From Narcine bancroftii (lineage: Eukaryota): a stretch of DNA of 64,000 nt. Shown here piece after piece: positions 40,331 through 53,650 of the stretch. The position numbers and the translations under genes were made by a program. The stretch lies in the NCBI RefSeq assembly GCF_036971445.1, contig NC_091469.1:291462001-291526000 (forward strand). Direction: 5' to 3'. Position 1 is the stretch's first letter. Each line of letters starts with the position of its first letter. The notes beneath the pieces were generated by a model. It was given only the letters and a program-made list of their open reading frames with translations, made no database searches and was not told where the DNA came from.

Positions 40331-40819
40331 CAGGGTTGCCAAATATGCTTGATGCAAGAGCCACACACAAAGTTCAGATGTTTGAGAGCCACAAGAGATG
40401 AACAAATATTACACACGATCTTACATGAACATTTTGTTACAAAAATTGCATACAAATATTAAGAAATATGAATAGGTAATATTTATTCATGCATATTGTT
40501 TTTAAATTGCTACTTTGAATCAACAATAATCAACAAGTACACATACCACAAATATGTGTGTAAGTGGAATTTGTGGACCAATTTTAGAAGGTTGACCATT
40601 GCACGCATAATACTTTTGAACATGACAAGTACCTGCATTGTTCGAACTGCCAGGAGCTGGTTGGGCAGGCAGCCGGGGTGCTGGGAGCTCAGGCAGGCAG
40701 CCTGCCTGGGCCCAGTTGAGTCTGCAGTCACATGCAGCTCTGACATCTAGCACACAGCTCGCACATGATATGTCAAAGAGCCGCATGTGGCTTATGAGCT
40801 GCAGTTTGGCCCACGTTCC
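40331..40819. mobile_element. Degenerate hAT/Charlie-like non-autonomous element
   Basis: Ends cagggttgccaaa / tttggcccacg. Near-identical 8-bp flanks ccctaaac / ctctaaac. Confidence 0.5.
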
Positions 40820-41026
40820 TCTAAACCCATCCTATCCACGTATCCATCCAAATGTTTTTTAAACATTGTTCTGGTCTCTGTCTCAGCCACCACCTCCGGT
40901 GGCCTGTTCCATACACCCACTTGTGTGTTTAAAAAAAAAAATTACCCCTTGGGATCCTGTTAAATTTCTCCCCCCTCATCCCAAACCTCTGTCCTCTGCT
41001 TTCCAATCCCCTACTCTGGCAAAAGA

Positions 41027-41461
41027 TGAAGTTTGTGGAAGAATAAGTTTTACAAATATGCTTAATAAATGGTTAATGGATTAGGTAAGGCTTTCAGTTA
41101 CTGTTGCTTGTGCAGGCGTAGCTTGCTTAACACCTGTGCCGTTTGTAAGATAACTAAGTTCGCAAGTATGTCAATAAGCCTTGAATTCGGGACACTCCAA
41201 CTTTCCCAGAAACATTTGTAGACAATATGTAATGGTAAACACAAAATACAGGTGTGTGAGGCTTGTGTGAAACTTGAGGGTCTCATGCAGACAGACCCCT
41301 ATCCAAATTGTGTATAAACGAGTGATGAACACTCTTGATACTTTGAGCGAGTGGGATTCAGTGCATGAATCCTCTCACTCCCGCTGGCGTTACAAAGGGT
41401 TAATAAATAAAAGCTGTTGTACATTTACTCCGTTCTCTGCTGTTGATTTCTGACTTTAACA
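41027..41461 (+). mobile_element. Possible solo LTR
   Basis: A ~435-bp TG...CA segment with internal TATAAA and AATAAA interrupting another repeat. No clear TSD. Confidence 0.3.
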
Positions 41462-44400
41462 CATTCACCTAATCATTCCTTTTGTACACCTTGTGTCACC
41501 AATGGCCTTAGAATCAGTTTTAAAGCACAGAAACAGATCATTCAGCCCATCTCATCTATACCCGTCACATCATCTATTTGACCCCTTCGAACAGGGATGA
41601 TGTCATTGGTCCGAACACTTGTTCCATTGCTGATTAAATTTAATCCAGTTCAGAGATCCCTTTAAACCTTTCCTATCTGTGCACCGAGCCAGATTGAGAT
41701 GGGGACGATAAACAACACTCTCCAACAGGAGAGCATCTAACCTTCTACCCTTGATGTTCATTGGCATGACTATTGCCGATTCCTCCATCAACGCGCTGGG
41801 GAGGTCACCAAGATAACTGAAAATTCATTCACCATGGCCAAAGAGCAGGTCGGAGGCTGGGGAGTGAGTCACCAGCCAAGCCTTGCCAGACAAGTCAAGA
41901 TTACTGCAGCTCCAATGACCCTCAAGAATCTCAACACCACCCAAGACAAAGCAGGATATTTCTCTGCTCCCCGTCCCCACCCTAAATATTCATCCCCAGC
42001 ACAGTGCATCTGCTCCAAATTTACTCCAGCTCCTGCCCCCTCTACCCCAACACCACCTCCCCAAGCCAATAAGCTCCCAAGGGGAACACCACCATCGTCA
42101 AGTCCCACATAATGGTGGATGTGGAACTATCTCACCATTCCACAATCGTCACCAAGCCTGGATCCCGGAACTTGTTCCCCTTCACTGGAGGAACTTCACC
42201 AGGAGCAGCCTCCCCAGGGACACAACCAAGGTTCTGGTACAAACACCACCACCACAACCCTTCCCCTTGCTTCTCACAGCCCATGTCTTCAGTGTCACCG
42301 ATACCTGGAATAACCCATTGAACACCTCCACCTCTGGTTGCACAGGGCAGGTAGAACAGGCCTTCTGCCCCACCACATCCATAATGACCACTGATTATGC
42401 TTAAATTTAGACATACCGTATGGTAACCGACAAATAGGTGCCCAATTAACCTACAACCCCAGGTCATTTTGAAGGGTGGGAGGAAACCCACACAAACACA
42501 GGGAGAACATACAAACTCCCGACAGACAGCATCTGATTCGAGGATTTGAACCTAGGTCACTGGAGCTGTAATAGCATCGTCCTAACCACCACACAAACCT
42601 TGCCGCTCAAGATTTTATACCAAAATTCAGTAATTAGCTTTGTTTTATGTGCTAACCAGGCAGATTGCTATCCAGGGCAGCACGGTTAGCGTGATACTGT
42701 GACAGCATCAGCGAAAGCAGGTTCAAATCCCGTGGGTGGTCTGTAAGGAGTTTGTACGTTCCCTCCCCTCCCCCCATCTGCATGGATTTTCTCCGGATGT
42801 TCAGGTTTCCAAACATACTGCAGGTTGTAAATTGGGTGGTATGGGCTCGTGGGCCAGAAGGGCCTATTACCGTGCTGCATGTCTAAATTGAAATTTATTT
42901 CACCACAGGTCGTGCAATAAACAAATAATTTAAAACCAGAGCATAGAGTCATGCAAGGAGTGGAGAAAGTACCAAAACAGTACAGGGAATAGAGGAAAGT
43001 ACTATCATAAAAGAAAGAGCAAAGGCATCATCTATCCCAGTGGGTCCATTCAGGAGCCTGATAACAGCAGGTAAGAAACTGTTCTTGAATCTGGAGGTTC
43101 ATGTTTTCTAGCTCATGCACCTTCTGGTGGGAGAAGGCAGGTGACCAGGTGAGATGGGCCAATTAATATTTTTAACCAGCTTTCCCAGACAGCAGGTACG
43201 GACATAATTGATGGAAGGAATGGGAAGTGCATGTGCACGTGACGGCCTGAGCTGTGTTCACAGCTCGATGCATTTTCTTGTGGTCTTGGGTAGAGCAGTT
43301 CCTTTCCTAAGCTGTGATGCATCAGGACAGGATATATTCTATGTTGCATCTGTAAAGGTTGGTGAGAGACCTTTGGGAATTGCCAAATTTCCTCAGGTTT
43401 TTGAGAAGGCAAAGTCTCCCATCCATGTAAATTGGATTGATGTGGAGTAGGTTTCCATAGGTTGGCACAACATTGTGGGCAAAGGGCCTGTACTGTGGCT
43501 ATCACCCAGATAAGATTGCTTGCATTAATCACATTTAACTTCTATACCTTGGCCATTCACGTTTGAAGTCAACTGTGCCTTCCTGCGAACTCGTTTCTGC
43601 GGTGCTTTTAGTATTTAGAAAATAACTTTTCTCAAGGAGTCAGATTGCACAGACCTGAGTGGAGAAGAGGGATGGGCTCCTAGTGTGTTATTCCAGATCA
43701 CCATCACTCCCATCCTCCAAGGATACCAGCCTACCCTAGTCAAAGCCAGCCACAAAAGCTGCAGTGATCTGAAGAGTGGTGGGAGCAGTTTACTAAGTGA
43801 ATGGGAGCCATTCTGATGAAAGGAACAAGCTGGGGTGTGGACTGACTCCAGAGATTGTTCACAGAGCTAACACACACAACTGGTGTAGTTGTCTCAACAT
43901 CAGGTTCACAGGACACCATCCCCACCCCACTCCCATTTAATGTGCTCTTTTGGTCACATAGCCCAAAGCATGTACACATTCTTTTCCACAACAATGGAAG
44001 GCCATTCCTTTGTTCTTACAGATTCAGAGAAAGCTCAGGCAGGTGAGGAACCAAGCCCACCTCACATTGCTTGCCTTGAACCTCAAGGGTCAGGGCAAGT
44101 CCTCCACCCTGCCCCAATTTATCCTGCTTCCCTTGACAAAGGCAATGATCTCTGTCTCAATCACTCCTTGTCATTTTGTATTCAACAAACCTTGAAAGCA
44201 CACCCACTTCTCTCCTTATTCCTATGGTGACTCTATCCTGTCAACCCTCCACAGCCAACTCTCTCACAGATGAGCACCTTCCAACCCATCAAAACTCCCT
44301 TGATTGAAGAACCCCAGTGAACCTCCCCGTTTGATTAATACTGTACTCTGGCTCAATCTCTTCTCTCTCTCTCTGGGAAAGCAGGACTCCAGTGGGACTT

Positions 44401-47119
44401 CAATGACCTTTCCTAGATGTTGACCAGAACTCATTCCACATTGCTACTTCATCCCCATTTTTAAAAATCCCAAATTCCACTTCTCTTTAAATGAAATCTA
44501 AAAGGCACAGATGTGACAAATCATGTTTTGGATCAGATTTCAATGTGGGCATGCAGTACAATCCTGATTTCTTGAAGGCTGCTGTGGACATTATCTTTGA
44601 CCTGGCACTATCAGCGACTGCTAGCCCATTTCTTCCTTGTACCTTCATTGCTGCTTCCTGACCTCCTATTACTCACCCCCCCCCCCCCCCACCTCAAATG
44701 TCCAGAATCATTGATCACTCCCTCAAACCAAATCAGGCTTAGTAATGACCCCAAGAATTCAATCTTTCAATCCAAATGAATTCAATTTCCCCTTGTCAAC
44801 TGTTGAGAAACTTTTTACTCAGTTCTTCAACTCACAGGTCTGAAGCTAGCCTCTTGAGACCCATATTGATTGTCCTGTGCACATCTCTTGCACTGTGTTC
44901 CTCGGGAACAGGGAAGGAGAGGGGGATTCTCTCAGTTGCCCTCATCACATAACAGCTGATCAATGCAGAATTCCCTCCCCACCTTGGTTCTGAACTGCAG
45001 TGCCATTGTTCAACACAAATCTAAACAATAAACACCAGTTAACCAGACCCTGGCACCAAACAGCTGCCATCACCAAATTCAAGTTCAGGAAAATGTACAA
45101 AAAAAAATGATTGCCCAAGATTTGTTCAAAGGTTCTGCAACATATGAGCAACTAAACATTATTTCTCCACAGATTCAACTCAGCACTGCTGCAATTTCCT
45201 CTGGCATTTTACCAGCCCTCACACAGATCTTCCTGCTTGGCCAACACTGGGGTGGCCATTCCATTCACAAGGCAGTCTGTCTGAGCCAAGCCTGCTCCAC
45301 ATTCATGGTTTGGAGGGTTACAACATCAAACCTAGCCAAAGCCCCTCTTGCTGAACATAATAATCTCAGACATTCTCTTCCCAGCTGGATCAAGCCACCC
45401 TAGTTGGGATACAGCATCGTCCATCCACACCCTGCTGTTCTAATACCAGGATCGAGGTTCAAGTCAGCCTGCCACACACAGCCATCTTGCCTTTGGTTTG
45501 GGTTCTAGTCCAGCACATTGAAATTCTCTCCCTGGATATCACACTCCCCTGTGGTCTCATTTCTGAGCTACCTCCAGGCCCATGAAATATGCAAAACAGA
45601 CCTTCAACCCATTTATTCCAGCCCAGTTTGCCCATAACCTTCCAAACCTTGCCTATCCTAATTGGATTAGCCACCTAGATGTCCTTTAAACACTGTAATT
45701 ATACCTGCCTCTATCACTTCCTCTGGCAGCTAGTTCTACACACACCACCATCGTGTCTCTTTTAAATCTATCATCTTCAATCTGTTTTCTAGTTTTAGAT
45801 TTCCCTACCTGAGGAGGTGGGGAGAAAGAATATGATTATCTACCCTATTTATAACCTTCATGTTTTATAACTGTCTCTAAAGTTCCCCAACCCATCATGT
45901 CTCAAAAACATACTTGTGAATTCTTTCTCCACCTTCTCTAACTTAATCATGTCCTTTGTATTAGAATGGAGGCTGTGGAAATGGTTCAGAGGACATTCAC
46001 CAGGATGTTGTCTGGTTTAGAGGCTTTGAGCTACAAGGAGAGGTTGGACAAACTGGGTTGCTTTATCTGGAGCTGAGGGGATACCTGATAGAGGTTCACA
46101 GGATCATGAGGTGTTGATAGTCTGTCTTTTCCCCAGGGTAAAATTTTACAGAGTGCATGCACTTAAGGGGAGGAGAAAGAGGATTGAGGAAGTTGGGGAA
46201 GGGGCCATTTTTCTTTTGATCAGAGGTTCCTGGAACAGGCTACCAGGGCTAGTGGTGGAAGCAGATGTGGCAGTATCATTCAAGTGGCTTCTAGATAGAA
46301 ACAGGAATACAAGAGGATTGCATGGGATGCATCACATGGAAGCCAGCTTTAATTTTAATTGTACATTGTGTCCAGCATAGACATATGGGCCAAAGGGCCT
46401 GTTCCTGAGCCGCACTTCTCTATTCTTCCTATCGCGTCCAGAGCAGCACACAACTCTGTACAACCTAACCAAATGACTTGTATGGCAGTAACACACCATC
46501 CCAGATGCCATAGACCATGCTACATGTGCCAGGCAGCTTCTTCACCACCCAGTCTACCCATCTCACTACTTTGGGGAAATAATACACCTGTACTTGATCT
46601 CTCCAGAGCCTCACCATTCACTGTGCAAGCCCTGTCTGGGTTTAACTTCCCAATTTTCAACACCAATTTTGATGTCAGCTGTAACTAATCAGACTACTCA
46701 TTCTCTTTCAAAACAACAGTGGAACCAGCACTGATCCCTGTGACATACCACTGGCCACAGGCTTCTAATCTCAAACACAGCCCTCCAGCATTACCCTCGG
46801 ACCACCAGGCCAAAATTACCTGTAACAGGCCAATTCACCCTGGATCCCAAGCACTGACCTCCCAGATCAGCCTTGTAAAAGGCCTTGCTGAAGTCCACGT
46901 CAATTACATTTACTACCTTCCCCTCATCAAGCTTTTTCACTTTCTCAAACACCACTCAGACATTTCCCAAAGCCATGCTGACCATCCTTAATTAGTCACT
47001 GAGCTCAGAAACCAACCCTTCTGTCTAACTTGTCCACATAACTAAGATATCTACCTGAACTGGTCCTATTTACATGCATTCAGCCCATATCCCTATAAAC
47101 CAGCCCTATCTTGGCAACA

Positions 47120-47940
47120 ACAGAATCAGGATTTATTGTCCTGAACAAGTCATGAAATTCAGTGTTTATGGAGCAGCGTCATAGAGCAAATATTCATATT
47201 ATAACCATCTTACAACATCACTATAAATAAATAAAAAGGGCATGAAAAGGCAGTTAGTTCATTGATCAGTCAGGAATCTGATGGCAGTGGGGAAGAAGCT
47301 GCCTTTGAGTGCTCGTCTTTAGGCTCCTGCACCTTTTTCCTGATTGTAGCAGAGTGAAGAGGGGTGGCCTGGGTGGTGGGGGGGGGTCTTTGAGGATAGA
47401 GGCTTTTTTTTTTTTTAAAAAAGACACCTCCTGGCATAGATGTTCTTGAGTGAAGTCCAGTGCCTGTGATGTCACAGGCCAAGTTAACAACCCTCTGGAG
47501 TTTATTCTTGTCCTGAGCATTGGCGCCTCCATACCAGGCAGTGATGCAACCAGCCAGAAGGCTCTCCTCAGTACACCTGTAGAAGTTTACGAAAGTCTTT
47601 GGAGACATACTGAATATCCTCGGACACCTCACAAAGTGTAGCCACTGACAAGCCCTCTTTGTGATTGCATCTTAGTGGAGGCTCCAGGGCAGATCCTCGG
47701 AAATGTTGACATCCGTGAATTTGAAGTTCTTGACCCTCTCCACTACTGAGCCCTCGATGAGGACTGGGTCATGTTCCCCGACTTCCTCCTGAAGTCCACA
47801 ATCATCTCCTTAGTTTTGCTGATTATTGTCATTACACCAGTCAACAAGTTGATGTATCTCCCTCCTGTACGCTTCCTCTTTGCAGTTTATGATTCTGCCA
47901 AAAACTGTAAATAGCATTGGAATTGTGCCTGTGCAACACT
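47120..47940 (-). mobile_element. Rex1/L2-like LINE 3' fragment
   Basis: NFYRCTEESLLAGCITAWYG motif and attctgattctg-type tail. Related copies at about 59110-59690 (+), 23470-23810 (+), 11880-12790 (+) and 60940-61395 (-). Confidence 0.65.
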
Positions 47941-49189
47941 GTGACTACTTACCTTATCCAGGTTCCTTGTGATTTTATAAACCTCAGCCTCCTTCACTCC
48001 TGGAAAAAGATCCAGCTCACCTTGGACCTTACTTTCGAGACCAGCCTGCCATGAGGGACCTTGTCAAAGTCCTTGTCAGGTTCTTGAGATGCAATTCTCC
48101 ACATACACAGACCTTGCCTTTCAAATGCAGAGAGGTCCCTTCCAAGAAATTCCCACAATGGACATCAGGTTCACCAGCTCTGGTTCCCACAACCTGCTCG
48201 CCCCAACACGTGTCCTTAAATAAGTGCACATCCCCAATTTCCACCTCAGCCCTTCCAGCTGCTCAGACATCACCTGGAAACTCTCCACACACCCCTGCTC
48301 CGTTCATTAGCTATTGCCAAACTCTGCCCTGCTCCCTCCTCACACATCTAGCACGAATCAAACACACCATTTGAGACATGGCTCACAGTAACTCCAGTCT
48401 GACATCTGAAGAAGGACTCAGGCCCAAAGCATCGACTGCCTATTGCTTTCCTCAGATGACGCGTGACCTGCCGAGTTTCCCCAGCACTGTGTACACTGCA
48501 ACTTCACTCTCCACCCTGTCCAGGAGGAGGAACTGTCTCCTGATGGGTGGGAAGGCCATGAGATAACAGTCAGTACTCTGACAGCTATCAATCAACACCA
48601 TCATCCATCAATCACATGCAGCCATGTCCCACAGACTGTCAATCGTACACCTACTCACTCCTGTGGTCAGCAGTTAAGGTAAAAACACACAAAATGCTGG
48701 AAGAACTCAGCCGGTCTTTTCAGCATTCATAGGAGACAAAGATATATTGCCGACATTTCAGGTGTGAGCCTTTCTTCAAGGAATAAGTAGAATGAGTAAA
48801 AAACAAGGAATCCTGTGTTCACATTGGCTAACCAGTAAATTGGCAGTGCAACAAACTGGTTCAAAATAGCATTTTTGCTGTTCACACTGGACCAATTTCA
48901 CTCACCACCATTCTCTACGCCATTTCACACTCACCACTTGGCATCCCAGAGTAATGGGGCACCTATCCTCCAGCAGTGACATCCTGCATACCCCCATCCC
49001 TTTTACACTGAGCCAGTACACCGATTCAAAATTAGTTGATGCTGAAACACCCTCCCTAAGAGGTTCATCCCTGGGGTGATTGGACACCTGTGTGTTGGTT
49101 CTTGAGTGTTCACACTGGCGTGTTAATCGATAGATTAGCAGTTAATTACTGGGTTAAGTGCCAGTACAAACAATACTTTCTGGGCCCTG

Positions 49190-49540
49190 GGAGAGGAATC
49201 CAGACCAACAAAAGGTGTTAACTGGATATTATAAGGGGAGAGGTGAGAATTGATTACTACTGTGTGAAGGGAGACGGGGGAAAAGGGAGAGAGATAAAGC
49301 CGTGGGAAGGAGACTAGGAAAGAAATGGGGGAAGGTTTAAAGAAAACTAGAGAAGGCGCTATTAATGCCACCTGGTTGAAGGGTGCCCATTCGTTAGATG
49401 AGGTGTTGTTCCTCCAATTTGCGGGTGGTCTCAGTCTGGCAGTGCATGAGACCATGGACAGTCAAGGGAATGAGATGGAGCATTGAAATGGGTAGCCGCT
49501 GGGAGATCCACGCCATTACAGCGGACGGAGCAGTTAAGGT
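49190..49540 (-). mobile_element. Penelope-like element 3' remnant
   Basis: Homologous to 39440-39600 (SCTARLRPPANWRNN off-frame signature). Confidence 0.6.
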
Positions 49541-50783
49541 TCACACAGACAAGAACTGCGACTGTTGGCATCTTGAGCAGACAATAGAGAGGCTGAACAA
49601 CATCCATGGAGGGAAATGGTCAGTGCTTCGGGAAGAGACTCTTTTTCAGGAGTCCAGTTTGTGAACACAAGCCTGAGTGGTCAGTTGGAATGTTTAGGTT
49701 AAGGCATTAACTCGCAGGCAGGCAAAAAGTTTCCAAACGGAGTACAAACCCGCTGGTTTATAAAATGCCAATCGTTACAGAAATGCAACAGCATATCTGT
49801 AAGAATTTACATTTCCTCAGCCCAGGGCTTGACGCGGAACACTGGCCCATCCCTCTGCCTCCACAGACGCTGAGATCCCCCAGCAGTTTGGCCAGAAAGG
49901 GCGTGCACGCTGACTGCTGGATCCAGAGGCAGCGGGAGGGATTCAGGCATAGCCAGCTGAGAAGGTGCTGCCCCACCCCGCCTTCCCCTCAAACCCGGCC
50001 CCATTGCCTCGACCGCTCCACGCCTGCAAGGCAGGCACAGCGTCGGGGTTTTGGTGGACAAGGCTAATTCACAACCACTCCAGACCAACACTGCGGGTGC
50101 TTCAGCCATAACAGCGCCTGCTCCGGTGTGCTTAGCCAGCGCGGCGCCCCGAATCTCGAGTGGATGACAGGTCGCTCTCGCTTCCCCTCACTCCACATTC
50201 CCATCTGAAGGGTGAACGCTGCAACAACAGCGTGCAGGTAGATGTCTGCCTCTTGCCCGCAGCATCTCCACTGCCTCTCCTGCATTGGAATATTGATCCC
50301 ATTTACTCTGATAAGCAGAACTGCCCAGTGCCCAAATTGATTACTAATCAATTGATAAACAAAACCAGGCCGCGCCTCCCTTACCTTGTAAAGAAACAAA
50401 TACAAAACGTTCTCAGGAACAAATACAAAACACTTATTTTTAAAACTTTTTCCCCCGAAAGCCGAATATTTGTAAATGAGATGTTATTACCAAACATTTG
50501 TATTATACAAGTGAGATGTTAAATTCACCCTCCATTCTAAGAGGGTTTGCAACCATGTGCGTGGAGCCGTGTTGTGCGGTGGGCTCGTCGCCCAGCTGCC
50601 GGGGCGGCACCCAGCGATGACATGCCTTGTAACTGTGCCTGTGTGAAGTGTTCACTGAGTGAGGAGTGCGGTGGGTTAGTCGCCCAGCAGCCGGGGCGGC
50701 ACCCAGTGCTTTGTAACTATGTGCATGTAGTGCTCCCTGAGCCGCGTCGGGGGTTCGCTTCCCAACAAGCGGGGCTGACTTAC

Positions 50784-51240
50784 CAGAAACTGCGCCGAGG
50801 AAACGCCGCAATCAGAAGCAGATCGAGAGACAACACATAGCAGTGCTGGGCGCCGGCGGACGCGGAGCTTGGCGGCTTCTGTCGTTCCCCTGGCTGCGGC
50901 AGCAGGAGTGGAGCCGACGCGGCACCCCCACTGCACGCTGTCTCGGTACGGTGCCTTCTGCCCCTTCCACTACTCCGGTGCCCGCACCCCCGCCGGTCTA
51001 CGCTGCCCGGCAGCCGCTTCCAGCACTCCGGTGCCCGCACCCCCGCCGGTCTACGCTGCCCGGCTGCCGCTTCCAGCACTCCGGTGCGCAATCCCTCAAG
51101 CACGGGTGCCTGCCCGGCTCTTCGGTCCTTCGGTTCCCTCCTCCCCCCCCCCAACCCCCGGACCCGGTACCCGCTCCTCGCCACCCGGCTCTCTGATGCC
51201 GGCTGCCGCCTCCAAGCCCTCCGCGGCCAGGACAATGTAA
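50784..51240 (-). other. HRAS: Probable non-coding first exon (5' UTR) of HRAS; 5' end approximate
   Basis: CpG-rich segment ending in a strong minus-strand donor CTG|gtaagt at 50784/50783. CCAAT boxes lie just upstream. Confidence 0.55.
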
Positions 51241-51680
51241 AGTTAGATTGAGATGTAAGGTCCGCCTCAACCTAACTCGCTCGCTCCGTCTTATTGGTCC
51301 GGACAGGCTGCAGCAACACCGACACCTGATTGGCTCACATCCATCATCGAGAAAGCGGTTCGAGCGGGAATAACAACCGAGTTATAAGAACAACGAAGCA
51401 GACGAAGTACACGTGTATTTTCAACGTTTCGATGATTAAAATGTGATAGACTTGATTTATCTCCATATTTGCCTTTTTGAGCAAGATGCGTTCACTCATT
51501 GGAACAAGTGAACGATGTTTACTGACGGCGCACGCGCAGGTGAAAGGTGCCGTGGCCGACGGGAGTTGAAGTTTAATGTGAGGGATGGACATAGCATTTC
51601 CAGGACTACAGGTTCCATCATGCACCTCTCCCCGCCCGGAAAAGGAGGGACGCCTGGTGGTTGCTAAGGGAAACTGGCCA
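51240..51680. promoter_or_regulatory. Bidirectional HRAS/LRRC56 promoter in a CpG island
   Basis: ATTGG boxes at 51293, 51329 and 51498. NRF1-like GCGCACGCGCA at 51528-51538. ZNF143-like GACTACAGGTTCCATCATGCA at 51604-51624. GC box at 51631. RFX X-box-like GTTGCTAAGGGAAAC at 51660-51674. Divergent splice donors at 50783 (minus) and 51707 (plus). Confidence 0.65.
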
Positions 51681-51794
51681 GGCTGGTGTAGCTGTCGAGA
51701 GAACGGGTGAGTGGTGGAGGCGGCTGCACCGGGTATAGGGGATGCCTGGCCTGAACCTGGGTATGGGAGGGCACCAGGTCCAGGTCCGGGCCTG

Positions 51795-53650
51795 GGGAAA
51801 AGGAGGGAGGGGGAGAAGGGGGATTGGGAAGGAGGGAGGGGGAGGATTGGGTGGGAGGGAGGGAGAGGATTGGGTGGGAGGATTGGGAGGGAGGGAGGAT
51901 TGGGAGGGAGGGAGGATTGGGAGGGAGGGAGGGAGGATTGGGAGGGAGGGAGGGAGGATTGGGAGGGAGGGAGGGAGGATTGGGAGGGAGGGAGGGAGGA
52001 TTGGGAGGGAGGGAGGGAGGATTGGGAGGGAGGGAGGGAGGATTGGGAGGGAGGGAGGGAGGATTGGGAGGGAGGGAGGGAGGATTGGGAGGGAGGGAGG
52101 GAGGATTGGGAGGGAGGGAGGGAGGATTGGGAGGGAGGGAGGGAGGATTGGGAGGGAGGGAGGGAGGATTGGGAGGGAGGGAGGGAGGATTGGGAGGGAG
52201 GGAGGGAGGATTGAGAGGGAGGGTAGGGGGGGATTGGGTGGGAGGGAGGGTAGGGGGGGATTGGGTGGGAGGGAGGGTAGGGGGGGATTGGGTGGGAGGG
52301 AGGGTAGGGGGGGATTGGGTGGGAGGGAGGGTAGGGGGGGATTGGGTGGGAGGGAGGGTAGGGGGGGATTGGGTGGGAGGGAGGGTAGGGGGGGATTGGG
52401 TGGGAGGGAGGGTAGGGGGGGATTGGGTGGGAGGGAGGGTAGGGGGGGATTGGGTGGGAGGGAGGGTAGGGGGGGATTGGGTGGGAGGGAGGGGGGGATT
52501 GGGAGGGAGGGAGGGGGGGATTGGGAGGGAGGGAGGGGGGGATTGGGAGGGAGGGAGGGGGGGATTGGGAGGGAGGGAGGGGGGGATTGGGAGGGAGGGA
52601 GGGGGGGATTGGGAGGGAGGGAGGGGGGATTGGGAGGGAGGGAGGGGGGGATTTGGAGGGGGGGAGGGGGGGGAGGGGGGGATTGGGAGGGTGGGGTGAG
52701 AGGGGGATTGGGGAGGCCAAGGGGGGGAGGGAGGGGGAAATGGGGGGAGCCCGGGAGGGGGAAATGGGGGGAGCCCGGGAGGGGGAAATGGGGGGAGCCC
52801 GGGAGGGGGAAATGGGGGGAGCCCGGGAGGGGGAAATGGGGGGAGCCCGGGAGGGGGAAATGGGGGGAGCCCGGGAGGGGGAAATGGGGGGAGCCCGGGA
52901 GGGGGAAATGGGGGGAGCCCGGGAGGGGGAAATGGGGGGAGCCCATGGAGGTGGGGTCCGGGAAGAGGAGGGGATTGGATGGAGGGGGCCCGGGAAGAGG
53001 AGGGGGCCTGAGAAAAGGAAGGGATTATATTGGGGGGCCCCGGAGAAAGGAGGGGATTGGATTGGGGGGACCCCGGAGAAAGGAGGGGATTGGATTGGGG
53101 GGGCCCCGGAGAAAGGAGGGGATTGGATTGGGGGGCCCCGGAGAAAGGAGGGGATTGGATTGGGGGGGCCCCGGAGAAAGGAGGGGATTGGATTGGGGGG
53201 GCCCCGGAGAAAGGAGGGGATTGGATTGGGGGGGCCCCGGAGCAAGGAGGGGATTGGATTGGGGGGGCCCCGGAGCAAGGAGGGGATTGGGGGGGCCTGG
53301 GGAAAGGTGGGGATTGGGGGGGCCGGGGAAAGGAGGGGATGGGGATGGCAGCGGCCCTGGGCAGGGGATGGGGAGTGGCCCTGGGAGGGGATTATAATGG
53401 GGGGGCCTCGGAGAAAGGAGGGGATTGGGGGGTGCCGGGGAAAGGAGGGAATGGGGGATGGGGATGGTGGCGGCCCTGGACAGGGGATGGGTAGTGGCCC
53501 TGGGAGGGGATTATAATGGGGGGGCCCCGGAGAAAGGAGGGGATTGGGGGTGCTTGGAGAAAGGAGGGGATTGGGGGGCCCGGGGAAAGGTGGGAATGGG
53601 GAATGGCGGCGGCCCTGGGCAGGGGATGGGGAGTGGCCCTGGGAGGGGCA
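51795..53650. repeat. Compound G-rich tandem array
   Basis: Successive blocks of 21-, 27-, 24- and ~30-bp GGGA/GGGG-rich units. Confidence 0.95.
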
